A DNA stretch of 64,000 bases from Eubacteriales bacterium (GTDB lineage: Bacteria; Bacillota; Clostridia; Oscillospirales; CAG-272), in the NCBI GenBank assembly GCA_045542275.1, contig JAZQKP010000031.1, positions 41,820 through 105,819 of the forward strand. Reading direction: 5' to 3'. Under the pieces are notes generated by a model. That model had not been told where the DNA came from. It was given only the letters and a program-made list of their open reading frames with translations, and did not search any database. The position numbers were made by a program, and so were the translations under genes. Below, piece after piece: positions 1 to 9,255 of this stretch. Within the stretch, counting starts at the first letter, position 1. Each line of letters begins with the position of its first letter.

Positions 1-343
1 TGACGGCACAGGTGTACGTGACTATATCCACGTTGTAGACCTTGCAAATGCCCATTTAAAGGCGCTTGACAGAGCTAAGCAGGTAACAGGCATTGAGCAT
101 TTTAATATCGGTACAGGTAACGGTTATTCAGTTCTTGACGTGGTTCATGCATACGAGAAGGCAACAGGACTTACAGTAAAATATGAAATTTGCCCTCGCC
201 GTCCCGGTGATATTGATGAATGCTATGCAGACCCTACAAAGGCATATACAATCCTTGGCTGGAGAGCACAGTACGGTATTGAAAAGATGTGCGCAGACTC
301 TGCAAACTGGCAGAAAAAGAATCCTGACGGATACGGAGAATAA
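1..343 (+). CDS. galE: UDP-glucose 4-epimerase, C-terminal part (5' end outside window)
   Basis: The frame is open from the window edge (codons from nt 2). The translation DGTGVRDYIHVVDLANAHLKAL...ILGWRAQYGIEKMCADSANWQKKNPDGYGE is a typical GalE C-terminus. Stop TAA at 341-343. Confidence 0.85.
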   Translation, partial: DGTGVRDYIHVVDLANAHLKALDRAKQVTGIEHFNIGTGNGYSVLDVVHAYEKATGLTVKYEICPRRPGDIDECYADPTKAYTILGWRAQYGIEKMCADSANWQKKNPDGYGE

Positions 344-344
344 T

Positions 345-1391
345 ATGATTACAAAATCTTATTTTGATAAAATGCCTGATGGCAGAGAGGTTTACGCCTA
401 TACTCTTAAAAATTCAAGGAATGCAAGCGTTAAGATTATAACTCTTGGCGGTAGAATCAATGAGCTTCTTATTCCCGATAAAAACGGTGAGCTTGCAGAT
501 GTAGTATGGGGCTTTGACAATGTTGTTGATTATCTTGGTGATACAGGATATCACGGCGCACTTATAGGTCGCTTCGGTAACCGTATTTCTAAGGCTAAAT
601 TCGCTCTTGACGGAAAAGAGTACAGTCTCTTTGTAAATAACGGCAGAAACCACCTTCACGGAGGTGAGTTCGGCTTTGATAAAAAGCTTTGGGATGTAAA
701 GACATGGGAAATCGGTGGAACTATGTATCTTGAAGCATCTATATTCAGTCCTGACGGAGATGAAGGCTATCCCGGTAATCTAAATGTATCCGTTTTATAT
801 TCTTTTAATGAAGAGAACACATTGTCAATTACATATAAGGCAGCTACTGATAAAAAGACTATTGTTAACCTTACAAACCACTCATATTTCAATCTTGCCG
901 GCTATGGCACAATAGAGGATCATACACTTTGGCTTGATGCTGACAAAATCACTCTCACCGATGATGAGCTTATTCCTACAGGAGAGGAATTAAACGTAGA
1001 GAATACAGAATTTGATTTCAGAGAAGAAAAGTGCATTGGTAAGGATATTGACAAGGATAATATCAATCTTGTTTACGGTCAGGGCTATGACCATAACTAT
1101 ATCCTTAATACAGACGGAACAATTAAGCATTTTGCAACTCTTAAAGACCCTAAGTCCGGTAGAGTAATGAAGGCATATACAAATCAGCCCTGTGTACAGA
1201 TTTATACAGGAAACTGCGTTGTAACCGATTATAATCCCTTTAAGCACGGTGTTAAGCCTGTAAAGCGCTGTGGCGTATGTCTTGAAACTCAGCATACTCC
1301 TGATGCGCCTAATCATCCCGAATTTTTCTCATGTGAGTTAAATCCCGGTGAGCTTTACGATTATACAACTGTTTTCAAGTTTGAGAATTAA
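345..1391 (+). CDS. galM: Aldose 1-epimerase (galactose mutarotase)
   Basis: The ORF-track frame is 183-1391, but its first 54 codons overlap galE. An ATG at 345, one nt after the galE stop, gives MITKSYFDKMPDGREVYAYTL... Mutarotase-type segments are present (GRFGNRI, NHLHGG, CLETQ). Confidence 0.85.
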   Translation: MITKSYFDKMPDGREVYAYTLKNSRNASVKIITLGGRINELLIPDKNGELADVVWGFDNVVDYLGDTGYHGALIGRFGNRISKAKFALDGKEYSLFVNNGRNHLHGGEFGFDKKLWDVKTWEIGGTMYLEASIFSPDGDEGYPGNLNVSVLYSFNEENTLSITYKAATDKKTIVNLTNHSYFNLAGYGTIEDHTLWLDADKITLTDDELIPTGEELNVENTEFDFREEKCIGKDIDKDNINLVYGQGYDHNYILNTDGTIKHFATLKDPKSGRVMKAYTNQPCVQIYTGNCVVTDYNPFKHGVKPVKRCGVCLETQHTPDAPNHPEFFSCELNPGELYDYTTVFKFEN

Positions 1392-1401
1392 ATAAAGAGA
1401 G

Positions 1402-1430
1402 AAAACCGCATTTTTATGCGGTTTTCTTCA
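1402..1430 (+). terminator. Intrinsic terminator after galM
   Basis: Stem AAAACCGCA / TGCGGTTTT (1402-1410 / 1417-1425) followed by a T-rich run. Confidence 0.7.
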
Positions 1431-1475
1431 TATATATTATATCAAGGATAAAATCTTCATAATTTTGGAGCTGAT

Positions 1476-1745
1476 ATGATATATTTTTCAAGCACGGCAG
1501 AAAGATGTGAAAAATTTGCAGAATATTTAATAGAGAACAGAGCAACAGTCAGAGAAACAGCAAAAGTATTCGGATATAGTAAATCAACAGTACATAAGGA
1601 CATAACAGAGAAATTATATAAAATCAATTATACTCTATACAGTGAGGTAGAGAAAATTTTACAGCTTAATAAATCTGAAAGACATCTTCGTGGTGGAGAG
1701 GCTACAAAGAAAAAATATCTTGCTAAACGTGAAAACAGAATTTAA
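1476..1745 (+). CDS. spoIIID: Stage III sporulation protein D, small HTH transcription regulator
   Basis: 89 aa. RATVRETAKVFGYSKSTVHKDITEKL...SERHLRGGEATKKKY closely matches the SpoIIID signature (KSTVHKD, RHLRGGEAT). GGAG lies 5 nt upstream of the ATG. Confidence 0.9.
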   Translation: MIYFSSTAERCEKFAEYLIENRATVRETAKVFGYSKSTVHKDITEKLYKINYTLYSEVEKILQLNKSERHLRGGEATKKKYLAKRENRI

Positions 1746-1883
1746 AATGACAAATCTCACCATATCACTCTATCAGTACAAAAATTTTCTAATGGAAAAC
1801 TCTTTTGACCTAATTATACAAAATGCAAATTTTATATAATTTAGAGAATAGACATGTAGTAAAAAATAAATATGATTAGTTTA

Positions 1884-1914
1884 GGCTCCGTTAAAATCGG
1901 AGCTTTCTTTTTTA
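1884..1914 (+). terminator. Intrinsic terminator, probably for spoIIID
   Basis: Stem GGCTCCG / CGGAGCT (1884-1890 / 1898-1904) followed by TTCTTTTTT. It lies ~140 nt after the spoIIID stop. Confidence 0.6.
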
Positions 1915-2182
1915 GATATAATTATATATATCCTTGAAAACGGCAAAATTTTTATTTAAATCGATGTTTTGTATTAAATTGATTAAAAAAAGTGCGTTTT
2001 CACGAAATTGAATTATTTTGGCTAATTAGTTTTTTAATTTTAATTATCTTCTCAATAATAACTTATCATTATAAATCGTTATTTTCTAATTAGTAAAAAT
2101 AAATATTTTATATAATAGATTCAGATTACACTATAGTAATATTTTCTTAAATAAATATTTTTAAATTTATTTAAAAAGCTAT

Positions 2183-2210
2183 TGACAAATTATATTTCCT
2201 ATGATATACT
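2183..2210 (+). promoter_or_regulatory. Sigma-A type promoter for ylxM-ffh-rpsP operon
   Basis: TTGACA (2183-2188), 16-nt spacer, extended -10 TGATATACT (TATACT at 2205-2210). Confidence 0.55.
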
Positions 2211-2254
2211 TGTAAAGTAATTAAGTTTACACCTTGAACGGAGGTAAAATTTGT

Positions 2255-2617
2255 ATGTTTGAAAAAAATTTAAATATATCTGTTTTACTTGATTTTTACG
2301 GTGATATACTTTCAGACAGGCAAAAAGATATGCTTGATATGTATTATAATGATGATTTATCTCTTGCAGAGATTGCACAAAATTTTTCTATATCAAGGCA
2401 AGGTGTAAGAAGCGTTTTAAAAAAAGGTGAAACAATTCTTACAGAAATGGAAGAAAAATTACATCTTGCTGAACGTTTTGTTACAGTTCAAGAAAAATCA
2501 AGCGATATTGCCTCTCGACTTTCAAAAATTAATTCAGAAATTAATGACAGTTTTGTTTCGAATGAAATTGATTTGGTTATAAAACAAATCAAGGAGCTTG
2601 CTGATTATACTGATTAA
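2255..2617 (+). CDS. ylxM: YlxM/UPF0122 small HTH protein associated with the SRP operon
   Basis: MFEKNLNISVLLDFYGDILSDRQKDMLDMYYNDDLSLAEIAQNFSISRQGV is the YlxM signature. It lies directly upstream of ffh. GGAGG sits 9 nt before ATG 2255; the ORF-track start at 2234 is a less likely upstream start. Confidence 0.8.
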   Translation: MFEKNLNISVLLDFYGDILSDRQKDMLDMYYNDDLSLAEIAQNFSISRQGVRSVLKKGETILTEMEEKLHLAERFVTVQEKSSDIASRLSKINSEINDSFVSNEIDLVIKQIKELADYTD

Positions 2618-2633
2618 ATGGAGGTTATAATCA

Positions 2634-3977
2634 ATGTTTCAGAATTTATCCGAAAAATTGTCCAATGCGTTTAAACGCTTTAGAAATAAAGGTAAGCTTA
2701 CTGCTGCTGATGTTAAAGAAGGCATGCGTGAAATTAAGCTTGCTCTGCTAGAAGCCGATGTAAGCTTTAAGGTTGTTAAAGAATTTATAAAAACCGTTAC
2801 TGAACGAGCTGTTGGATCTGAGGTGCTTGAAAGCCTTCTCCCTGCTCAACAGGTTGTTAAAATAGTTAATGAAGAGCTTATTAATCTTATGGGTAAAACC
2901 CAGGCTAAGCTTGAAATCAACTCAAAGCCACCTACAGTTGTTATGATGGTTGGTCTTCAGGGTGCAGGTAAAACAACTCATTCAGGAAAAATTGCAGGTC
3001 TTTATAAAAAACAAGGTAAAAATCCCCTTTTGGTTGCCTGTGACGTATACCGTCCCGCAGCTATAAAGCAGCTTCAAATCGTAGGCGAAAAGCTCGATAT
3101 TGCAGTTTACGCAGAGGAAAAATCCAAAAACCCTGTTTCCATCGCTAAAGGTGCTCTTGATTATGCAAAAAAGCACGGTCACGATATGGTATTTATTGAT
3201 ACAGCAGGTAGACTTCATGTTGATGAGGTTCTTATGAAGGAGCTTCAGGATATTAAGGCTGCTACATCCCCTACTGAGATTCTTTTGGTAGTTGATGCAA
3301 TGCTTGGTCAGGATGCTGTAAATGTAGCCGAAAGCTTTAATAATATGCTTGAAATCAGCGGTGTTGTGCTTACAAAGCTTGATGGTGATACCCGTGGTGG
3401 TGCTGCTCTTTCTGTAAGATACGTTACCGGAAAGCCTATTAAGTTTGTCGGTACTGGTGAAAAGCTTGATACGATTGAGCCCTTCTACCCTGACAGAATG
3501 GCATCAAGAATCCTTGGAATGGGCGATGTGCTCTCTCTTATAGAAAAGGCTGAAGAAAACTTTGATAAGAAGAAAGCCGCTGAAATGGAAAAGAAAATGA
3601 GAGAAAATACATTTACTCTCACAGATTATCTTGAACAGATGGCTCAGCTTAAGAAAATGGGTTCTCTTGAAAGCATTATGGCTATGATTCCCGGTATGAA
3701 TTCAGGCGCTATGAAGGATGCAAAGATTGATGAAAGCATGCTTGTTCATACTGAGGCTATTATCCTTTCAATGACACCTAAGGAAAGAGTTAATCCTGAT
3801 ATTATTACCTCCTCTCGCAAAAAAAGAATTGCCGCCGGTAGCGGTACAAGCGTTGAAGAGATAAATAAGCTTTTAAAGCAATTTGAACAAATGAAAAAGA
3901 TGATGAAGCAAATGACATCAGGCAAATTCGGTGGATTTGGCTTCGGAAAACGAGGAAAAATGCCATTTAAATTCTAA
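2634..3977 (+). CDS. ffh: Signal recognition particle protein Ffh
   Basis: 447 aa. SRP54 GTPase motifs are present (GLQGAGKTT, DTAGR, TKLDG) plus a Met-rich M domain (MMKQM). Confidence 0.95.
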   Translation: MFQNLSEKLSNAFKRFRNKGKLTAADVKEGMREIKLALLEADVSFKVVKEFIKTVTERAVGSEVLESLLPAQQVVKIVNEELINLMGKTQAKLEINSKPPTVVMMVGLQGAGKTTHSGKIAGLYKKQGKNPLLVACDVYRPAAIKQLQIVGEKLDIAVYAEEKSKNPVSIAKGALDYAKKHGHDMVFIDTAGRLHVDEVLMKELQDIKAATSPTEILLVVDAMLGQDAVNVAESFNNMLEISGVVLTKLDGDTRGGAALSVRYVTGKPIKFVGTGEKLDTIEPFYPDRMASRILGMGDVLSLIEKAEENFDKKKAAEMEKKMRENTFTLTDYLEQMAQLKKMGSLESIMAMIPGMNSGAMKDAKIDESMLVHTEAIILSMTPKERVNPDIITSSRKKRIAAGSGTSVEEINKLLKQFEQMKKMMKQMTSGKFGGFGFGKRGKMPFKF

Positions 3978-4038
3978 TGGCTTTTCATAAAAATAACAAA
4001 AAAATTTATTATATTCATTTTTAATGGAGGAAAGAACA

Positions 4039-4284
4039 ATGGCAGTAAAAATCAGACTTAGAAGAATGGGCGCAAAGAAGGCTCCTTTCTACCGTGTAAT
4101 TGTAGCAGATGAAAGATCACCCAGAGATGGTAAGTTTATCGATGAAATCGGTTACTACAACCCCTTGAGAGATCCCGCTGAAATCAAGATCGACGCTGAA
4201 AAGGCTGAGAAATGGTTGAACGACGGTGCACAGCCTACTGAAACAGTTAAGTCTATTCTTAAGAAGAGCGGCATCGTTAAATAA
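4039..4284 (+). CDS. rpsP: 30S ribosomal protein S16
   Basis: [42 protein letters not shown] is canonical S16. GGAGG lies upstream of ATG 4039, which is internal to the ORF-track start at 4024. Confidence 0.95.
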   Translation: MAVKIRLRRMGAKKAPFYRVIVADERSPRDGKFIDEIGYYNPLRDPAEIKIDAEKAEKWLNDGAQPTETVKSILKKSGIVK

Positions 4285-4340
4285 TCTACTTCCAATTTTA
4301 GAAAGGTGATTATTTTTACGAATAATCAGGGTGTGCATTT

Positions 4341-4577
4341 ATGATTAATTTAAGCACAGTTCTTGGTAATATTGTAAAATCTATAGTCGATCATCCCGAT
4401 AAAGTTGTAATTACAGAACACACTGAAGGTGACGAAGTACTTTTAACTTTAACTGTTGCGGAAGAAGATGTTGGCATGGTTATAGGTAAGCACGGCAAAA
4501 TTGCCAAGGCAATGCGTACTGTAATGAAAACTGTTGCAAAGATTGATAACAGAAAAGTTACAGTAGAAATAAAATAA
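4341..4577 (+). CDS. khpA: KH-domain RNA-binding protein (YlqC/KhpA family)
   Basis: 78 aa. VGMVIGKHGKIAKAMRTV is a KH GXXG loop. It holds the conserved position after rpsP. Confidence 0.8.
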   Translation: MINLSTVLGNIVKSIVDHPDKVVITEHTEGDEVLLTLTVAEEDVGMVIGKHGKIAKAMRTVMKTVAKIDNRKVTVEIK

Positions 4578-4582
4578 ATTAA

Positions 4583-4606
4583 GCGGAGACTATTCTCCGC
4601 TTTTTT
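4583..4606 (+). terminator. Intrinsic terminator ending the ffh-rpsP-KH operon
   Basis: GCGGAGA / TCTCCGC (4583-4589 / 4594-4600) followed by TTTTTT (4601-4606). Confidence 0.75.
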
Positions 4607-4609
4607 ATA

Positions 4610-4638
4610 TTGACTTTTCTACTTTTTTATATTAAAAT
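4610..4638 (+). promoter_or_regulatory. Sigma-A type promoter for manA
   Basis: TTGACT (4610-4615), 17 nt, TAAAAT (4633-4638). Confidence 0.45.
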
Positions 4639-4676
4639 ATTAATGTTAAATAATAATTGAATGGAGCTTTTACTAC

Positions 4677-5627
4677 ATGTTAAAACCTATTAAATTAAAT
4701 CCCGAATTCAAAGAAATAATCTGGGGTGGAAATAAACTTAAAACCGATTATAATAAGGTTTCAGACCTAAAAAATATAGCTGAAAGTTGGGAGCTTACCG
4801 TCCGTGATGACGGTATGAACACTATTGCTGAGGGTGAATATGCCGGTCTTACAATGAAAGAATATATTGATAAGCTTGGATTTAGCGTAGTTACAAATAA
4901 AGAGCTTGACAGATTCCCTCTTCTTATTAAATTTATAGATGCTGAGGATAACCTCTCTATTCAGGTTCATCCCGATGATGAATATGCTCTTTTAAAGGCA
5001 AACAGCCTTGGAAAAACTGAGATGTGGTATGTTATTGACGCTAAGCCTGATGCTAAGCTTGTATATGGCTTAAAGCCTGGCTGTGATATTCAATCACTTG
5101 GTGAGGCTATCGGTAACGGCACAGTTGAGGATCAGCTCAATTATGTTAACGTTAAGAAGGGCGATGTGTTCTTTATTCCATCCGGTCTTGTACACGCTAT
5201 TGGCGCAGGAATTTTACTTGCTGAAATTCAGCAAAACTCAAATATTACATACAGAGTTTACGATTATAACCGAGTTGGTAAGGATGGCAAACCAAGAGAG
5301 CTTCACGTAAATGATGCTTTAAATGTTATTGTAAACCGTGGTGAATACGAAATTAATAAAATCAGATATTCAAAGGGCGAAAAAACAAGTACATGCCTTG
5401 CATCATGTGAATTCTTTACTGTAGATAAATACGATCTTGACGGTGAAATTGCTCTTTCTGCAACTGAAGAAAGCTTTAATTCTGTTCTCTGTCTTGACGG
5501 TAATGCGATAATTAATTATAATAATGAAGAGTTTTCTCTCGTTAAGGGTGATAGCTACTTTATTCCTGCAGGATTAGGAATTTATTCCATTACAGGTAAT
5601 GCTGAAATTATTGTATCAAAGATATAA
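4677..5627 (+). CDS. manA: Mannose-6-phosphate isomerase, class I
   Basis: 316 aa. Type I PMI features are present: WELTVRDDG, LSIQVHPDDEYA, KTEMWYV, VHAIGAGILLAEIQQNSNITYRVYDY. Confidence 0.8.
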   Translation: MLKPIKLNPEFKEIIWGGNKLKTDYNKVSDLKNIAESWELTVRDDGMNTIAEGEYAGLTMKEYIDKLGFSVVTNKELDRFPLLIKFIDAEDNLSIQVHPDDEYALLKANSLGKTEMWYVIDAKPDAKLVYGLKPGCDIQSLGEAIGNGTVEDQLNYVNVKKGDVFFIPSGLVHAIGAGILLAEIQQNSNITYRVYDYNRVGKDGKPRELHVNDALNVIVNRGEYEINKIRYSKGEKTSTCLASCEFFTVDKYDLDGEIALSATEESFNSVLCLDGNAIINYNNEEFSLVKGDSYFIPAGLGIYSITGNAEIIVSKI

Positions 5628-5654
5628 AAAAGCGGTGCATTTGCACCGCTTTTA
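5626..5654. terminator. Bidirectional intrinsic terminator (manA / yebC)
   Basis: AGCGGTGCA / TGCACCGCT (5631-5639 / 5642-5650), flanked by an A-run and a T-run. Confidence 0.7.
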
Positions 5655-5659
5655 TTATA

Positions 5660-6388
5660 TTAATCGCAGTTTTCCCAGTTATGATATACCTCAGTTACAT
5701 CATCATTATCCTCAAGATGCTCAATAAGTAAATTCATATACTTAACATCATCATCAGAATCAAGTGTAACATAGGTCGAAGGAATCTTATCATGCTCACT
5801 GGATACATATTTGAAGCCTGTAGCCTCAATAGCCTCTGCTACAGCCTCAAGGTCACTATCCTCTGTGTAGATGATATAGGCCTCATCATCAGAGATAAAA
5901 TCAGCTGCACCGGCCTCCAAGGAAGCCTCCATAAGTGCATCCTCATCATATCCCTCTTCCTTAGATATCATAATAACGCCCTTATCCTCAAAAAGGTATC
6001 CAACGCAGCCTGTAGTACCAAGATTTCCCTTGTACTTGCTAAAATAGGAACGGATTTCGGGAGTTGTACGGTTAGTATTGTCTGTTGCTGCGGTTACGAT
6101 AACGGCTACACCACCAGGACCGTAGCCCTCATATCTCATTTCTTCAAGAGACGCTGCATCGGAGGAGCTTGCCTTTTTAATTGTTCTTTCAATATTATCA
6201 TTAGGAACATTGTTAGCCTTAGCCTTAGTTATAAGCTGAGCAAGCTTAGAGTTAACGGCGGGATCAGGTCCGCCCTCTTTAACTGCAATAGCCATTTCCT
6301 TACCGATTTTTGTGAAGATCTTTGCTCTCTGAGCGTCGGTCTTCTCTTTTTTATGCATTATATTTTTCCATTTGCTATGTCCTGACAT
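5660..6388 (-). CDS. yebC: YebC/PmpR family DNA-binding transcriptional regulator
   Basis: MSGHSKWKNIMHKKEKTDAQRAKIFTKIGKEMAIAVKEGGPDP is the canonical YebC N-terminus. 242 aa. Confidence 0.9.
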   Translation of the reverse strand: MSGHSKWKNIMHKKEKTDAQRAKIFTKIGKEMAIAVKEGGPDPAVNSKLAQLITKAKANNVPNDNIERTIKKASSSDAASLEEMRYEGYGPGGVAVIVTAATDNTNRTTPEIRSYFSKYKGNLGTTGCVGYLFEDKGVIMISKEEGYDEDALMEASLEAGAADFISDDEAYIIYTEDSDLEAVAEAIEATGFKYVSSEHDKIPSTYVTLDSDDDVKYMNLLIEHLEDNDDVTEVYHNWENCD

Positions 6389-6403
6389 AAATAACCTCTT
6401 GAA

Positions 6404-8119
6404 TTAAATTTTTTCTGTTTTCTTCATACAGATAAGCTCAAATGCTGAGCCAAGAACTGTCTTTACAGCAGCAGTTAAACGAACTCTTGTTGCCTTAACT
6501 GCATCATCAGTTGCAGAAAGAATCTGACAATTGTGATAGAATTTATTAAATGAAGAGCAAACATCAATAATATATCTTGTAATTACTGAAGGCTCATATT
6601 CCTTAATAGCGCCCTTAACAGCCTCATTAAACTTAGAAAGAACCTTTAAAAGATCACTTTCCTCGGGGCTTGTAAGAACAGGATTTGTCTTACTTAAATC
6701 AATATCAGCAGCCTTTTCAAGTATACCGCATGTACGTGCGTATGTATACTGCGCATAAGGACCTGTGTTACCGTCAAAGCTGAGAGCATCCTTCATTATA
6801 AAGTTGATATCCTTAATTCTATTATTATAAAGATAATAGAAAATTACAGAACCAACACCAACAGCCTCTGCTACTCCGTCCTTATCAGGTAATTCGGGAT
6901 TCTTTTCATTAATAATTTCTTTAACCTTTTCAATTGCAGTTGCAAAAAGGTCCTTAAGAAGAATTACATTACCGGTTCTTGTAGCAAGCTTTTCACCGTT
7001 AATACTTACTGTGCCATAAGGAACGTGAACAAGCTTATCATGCCAATCATAGCCCATAAGCTCAACTACCTTAAACCATTGTGCAAAGTGCAAGCTTTGA
7101 CCTGCTGATGTAACATAAACACACTTGTCAAAATTATATGTTTCCTTACGGTATACTGCTGCAGCAATATCTCTTGTGGGATAAAGTGTTGAGCCGTCCT
7201 TCTTAAGAATCAAGCAAGGAGGCATATTATATTCCTCAAGGTCAACAATAGATGCACCGTCATCAATCTTTAAAAGATTCATTTCACGGAGCTTTTCAAT
7301 CTGTGCAGGCATCTTATCAGTATAAAAGCTTTCACCCTTATAGCTGTCAAACTCTATGCCTAACTGATTGTATGTTCTCTTGTATTCCTTAAGGCTTATT
7401 TCAACAAACCATTTCCAAAGAGCAATATTTGTCTCATCGTGATGCTCAAGCTTTGTAAACTCATCTCTTGCCTTCTGGTTAAGAGTAGCATCATTTTCTG
7501 CTTCCTCATGGAACTTTACATAAAGAGCAACAAGCTCATCTACACCCTTCTCTTCAACGGTTTCCTTATTTCCCCACAAATTGTAAGCAATAATAAGTTT
7601 ACCAAACTGTGTACCCCAGTCACCAAGATAGTTAATACCAACGCACTCGTATCCCTGGAATTTATGAAGCATTTTAAGAGAGTGACCGATTACAGTTGTT
7701 CCAAGATGACCAATATGGAAAGGCTTTGCTACATTAGGTGATGAATAATCGAATACAGCAACCTTACCCTTACCGGAATCATCAGAGCCGTAATGCTCCT
7801 TCTCCTCTTCAATTCTTAAAAGTACATTATCTACAAGATAGCTGTCAGATACAAAAATATTCAAATAGCCGTTAATGGATTCTACCTTAGATACTACATC
7901 AGACTTAAATTCTCTGCCTATCATCTGTGCAATAACGGCAGGAGCTTTTCTCAAAATTCTGCTAAGCTTAAAGCAAGGGAATGCAAGGTCACCAAGATTA
8001 GCATCCGGAGGATATTCAAACATAGATTGAATATCATTTTCAGTAAGCTGAACATCGGGAGAAAGAGACTTTATGCAGTTAAGAAGGTCATAGGAAACGG
8101 CCTTTTTAAAATTAAACAT
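6404..8119 (-). CDS. argS: Arginine--tRNA ligase
   Basis: 571 aa. Class I HIGH-type motif (SPNVAKPFHIGHLGTTVIGHS) and an ArgRS anticodon-binding C-terminus. Confidence 0.95.
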   Translation of the reverse strand: MFNFKKAVSYDLLNCIKSLSPDVQLTENDIQSMFEYPPDANLGDLAFPCFKLSRILRKAPAVIAQMIGREFKSDVVSKVESINGYLNIFVSDSYLVDNVLLRIEEEKEHYGSDDSGKGKVAVFDYSSPNVAKPFHIGHLGTTVIGHSLKMLHKFQGYECVGINYLGDWGTQFGKLIIAYNLWGNKETVEEKGVDELVALYVKFHEEAENDATLNQKARDEFTKLEHHDETNIALWKWFVEISLKEYKRTYNQLGIEFDSYKGESFYTDKMPAQIEKLREMNLLKIDDGASIVDLEEYNMPPCLILKKDGSTLYPTRDIAAAVYRKETYNFDKCVYVTSAGQSLHFAQWFKVVELMGYDWHDKLVHVPYGTVSINGEKLATRTGNVILLKDLFATAIEKVKEIINEKNPELPDKDGVAEAVGVGSVIFYYLYNNRIKDINFIMKDALSFDGNTGPYAQYTYARTCGILEKAADIDLSKTNPVLTSPEESDLLKVLSKFNEAVKGAIKEYEPSVITRYIIDVCSSFNKFYHNCQILSATDDAVKATRVRLTAAVKTVLGSAFELICMKKTEKI

Positions 8120-8130
8120 CTTTTATTTCC

Positions 8131-9255
8131 TTAGTCTTCGTCAAAATTAGCGTTTTCTTTATATTTATCAAGCAATGTATGGATTTTCTTAACAGGATTA
8201 AGAAGATCGCTGATTGTGTTATCCTTATTAAGTGTATCAATAATATAGGACACATACTTGCTCATATTAACATTACAGTACCAATCTCTTGAAAGAACCT
8301 CTTCAGGATGGTATGTAAGGTTTGTTGCAAAAATCTTATCAAATATACCGTCCTTATAAGCCTGATCGAACTTATCAAGACCGTTACAGAAGAGCGCAAA
8401 TGTTGAGAATACAAATACTCTCTTAGCGCCTCTCTGCTTAAGCTGAAGTGATACATCAATCATTGAGTCACCGGAGGAAATCATATCGTCAACTACGATA
8501 ACATCCTTGCCGTGAAGGTCCTTACCGAGGTATTCGTGTGCTTCAATAGGATTCTTACCGTCTACAATGATAGAATAATTTCTTCTCTTATAGAACATAC
8601 CAAGCTCAATACCAACAACTGATGCAATGTACATAGAACGTCCGATAGCACCCTCGTCAGGAGAAACAACCATAAGATTGTCCTTATCAAGCTTAATATC
8701 AGGAACATTATTTACAAGAGCCTTAAGCATCTGATATGTAGGTCTTACGCTATCAAATCCGTTAAGAGGAATAGCATTTTGAACACGGGGATCGTGAGCA
8801 TCAAATGTAATGATATTGGAAACACCCATATTAATAAGCTCCTGAAGTGCTACTGCACAGTCAAGAGATTCTCTTGCAGAACGCTTGTGCTGTCTGCCTT
8901 CATAAAGCATGGGCATAATAACTGTGATTCTCTTTGTCTTACCACCGGTTGCAGCGATAACTCTCTTAAGATCCTGGAAATGATCGTCAGGACTCATAGG
9001 AACCTGCATTCCATACATTTTATATGTTACACCGTAATTGAAGCAGTCGGAAATGATATAAAGATCAAGGCCTCTCATAGATTCATTAATAAGAGCCTTT
9101 GCTTCACCAGAGCCAAATCTGGGACACTGAGTATCAGCGATAAATGTGTTTTCCTTTTTTCTCCATCTTTTGAGATAGTTGTCTACCTGGCCAACAAATT
9201 TTTCGCAGCCTCTCATGCCAATGACTTTCAATTCGCCATTGTAATTCTCGTTCAT
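8131..9255 (-). CDS. Divergent ribose-phosphate pyrophosphokinase-family protein
   Basis: ~374 aa. PRPP-synthase-like N-domain (RFGSGEAKALINESMRGLDLYIIS) and a PRPP-binding loop (VIVVDDMISSGDS). There is an insertion after the first domain, and RQHKR replaces the usual RQDRK loop. GGGGG lies 5 nt upstream of ATG 9255. Confidence 0.7.
   Translation of the reverse strand: MNENYNGELKVIGMRGCEKFVGQVDNYLKRWRKKENTFIADTQCPRFGSGEAKALINESMRGLDLYIISDCFNYGVTYKMYGMQVPMSPDDHFQDLKRVIAATGGKTKRITVIMPMLYEGRQHKRSARESLDCAVALQELINMGVSNIITFDAHDPRVQNAIPLNGFDSVRPTYQMLKALVNNVPDIKLDKDNLMVVSPDEGAIGRSMYIASVVGIELGMFYKRRNYSIIVDGKNPIEAHEYLGKDLHGKDVIVVDDMISSGDSMIDVSLQLKQRGAKRVFVFSTFALFCNGLDKFDQAYKDGIFDKIFATNLTYHPEEVLSRDWYCNVNMSKYVSYIIDTLNKDNTISDLLNPVKKIHTLLDKYKENANFDED

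Noticed and set aside
183-344. N-terminal 54-codon extension of the galM ORF in the ORF track.
   Set aside because: It overlaps the galE coding frame. The mutarotase-homologous sequence begins at the ATG at 345, directly after the galE stop.
1872-1937. A 21-codon ORF (MISLGSVKIGAFFFRYNYIYP) in the spoIIID-ylxM gap.
   Set aside because: It has no RBS, and its sequence is largely the spoIIID terminator hairpin and T-tract read as codons.
2022-2094. Two copies of the 8-bp palindrome CTAATTAG (2022-2029 and 2086-2093), 64 bp apart, upstream of the ylxM promoter.
   Set aside because: In DNA this AT-rich, repeated 8-9-mers over ~500 bp are expected by chance. There is no flanking conservation to support an operator.
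8120-8130. An expected T-box leader upstream of argS.
   Set aside because: Only 11 nt separate argS from the upstream prs-like gene. The 163-nt region upstream of that gene (9256-9430) holds a terminator and a promoter. I see no specifier or T-box-like structure there.
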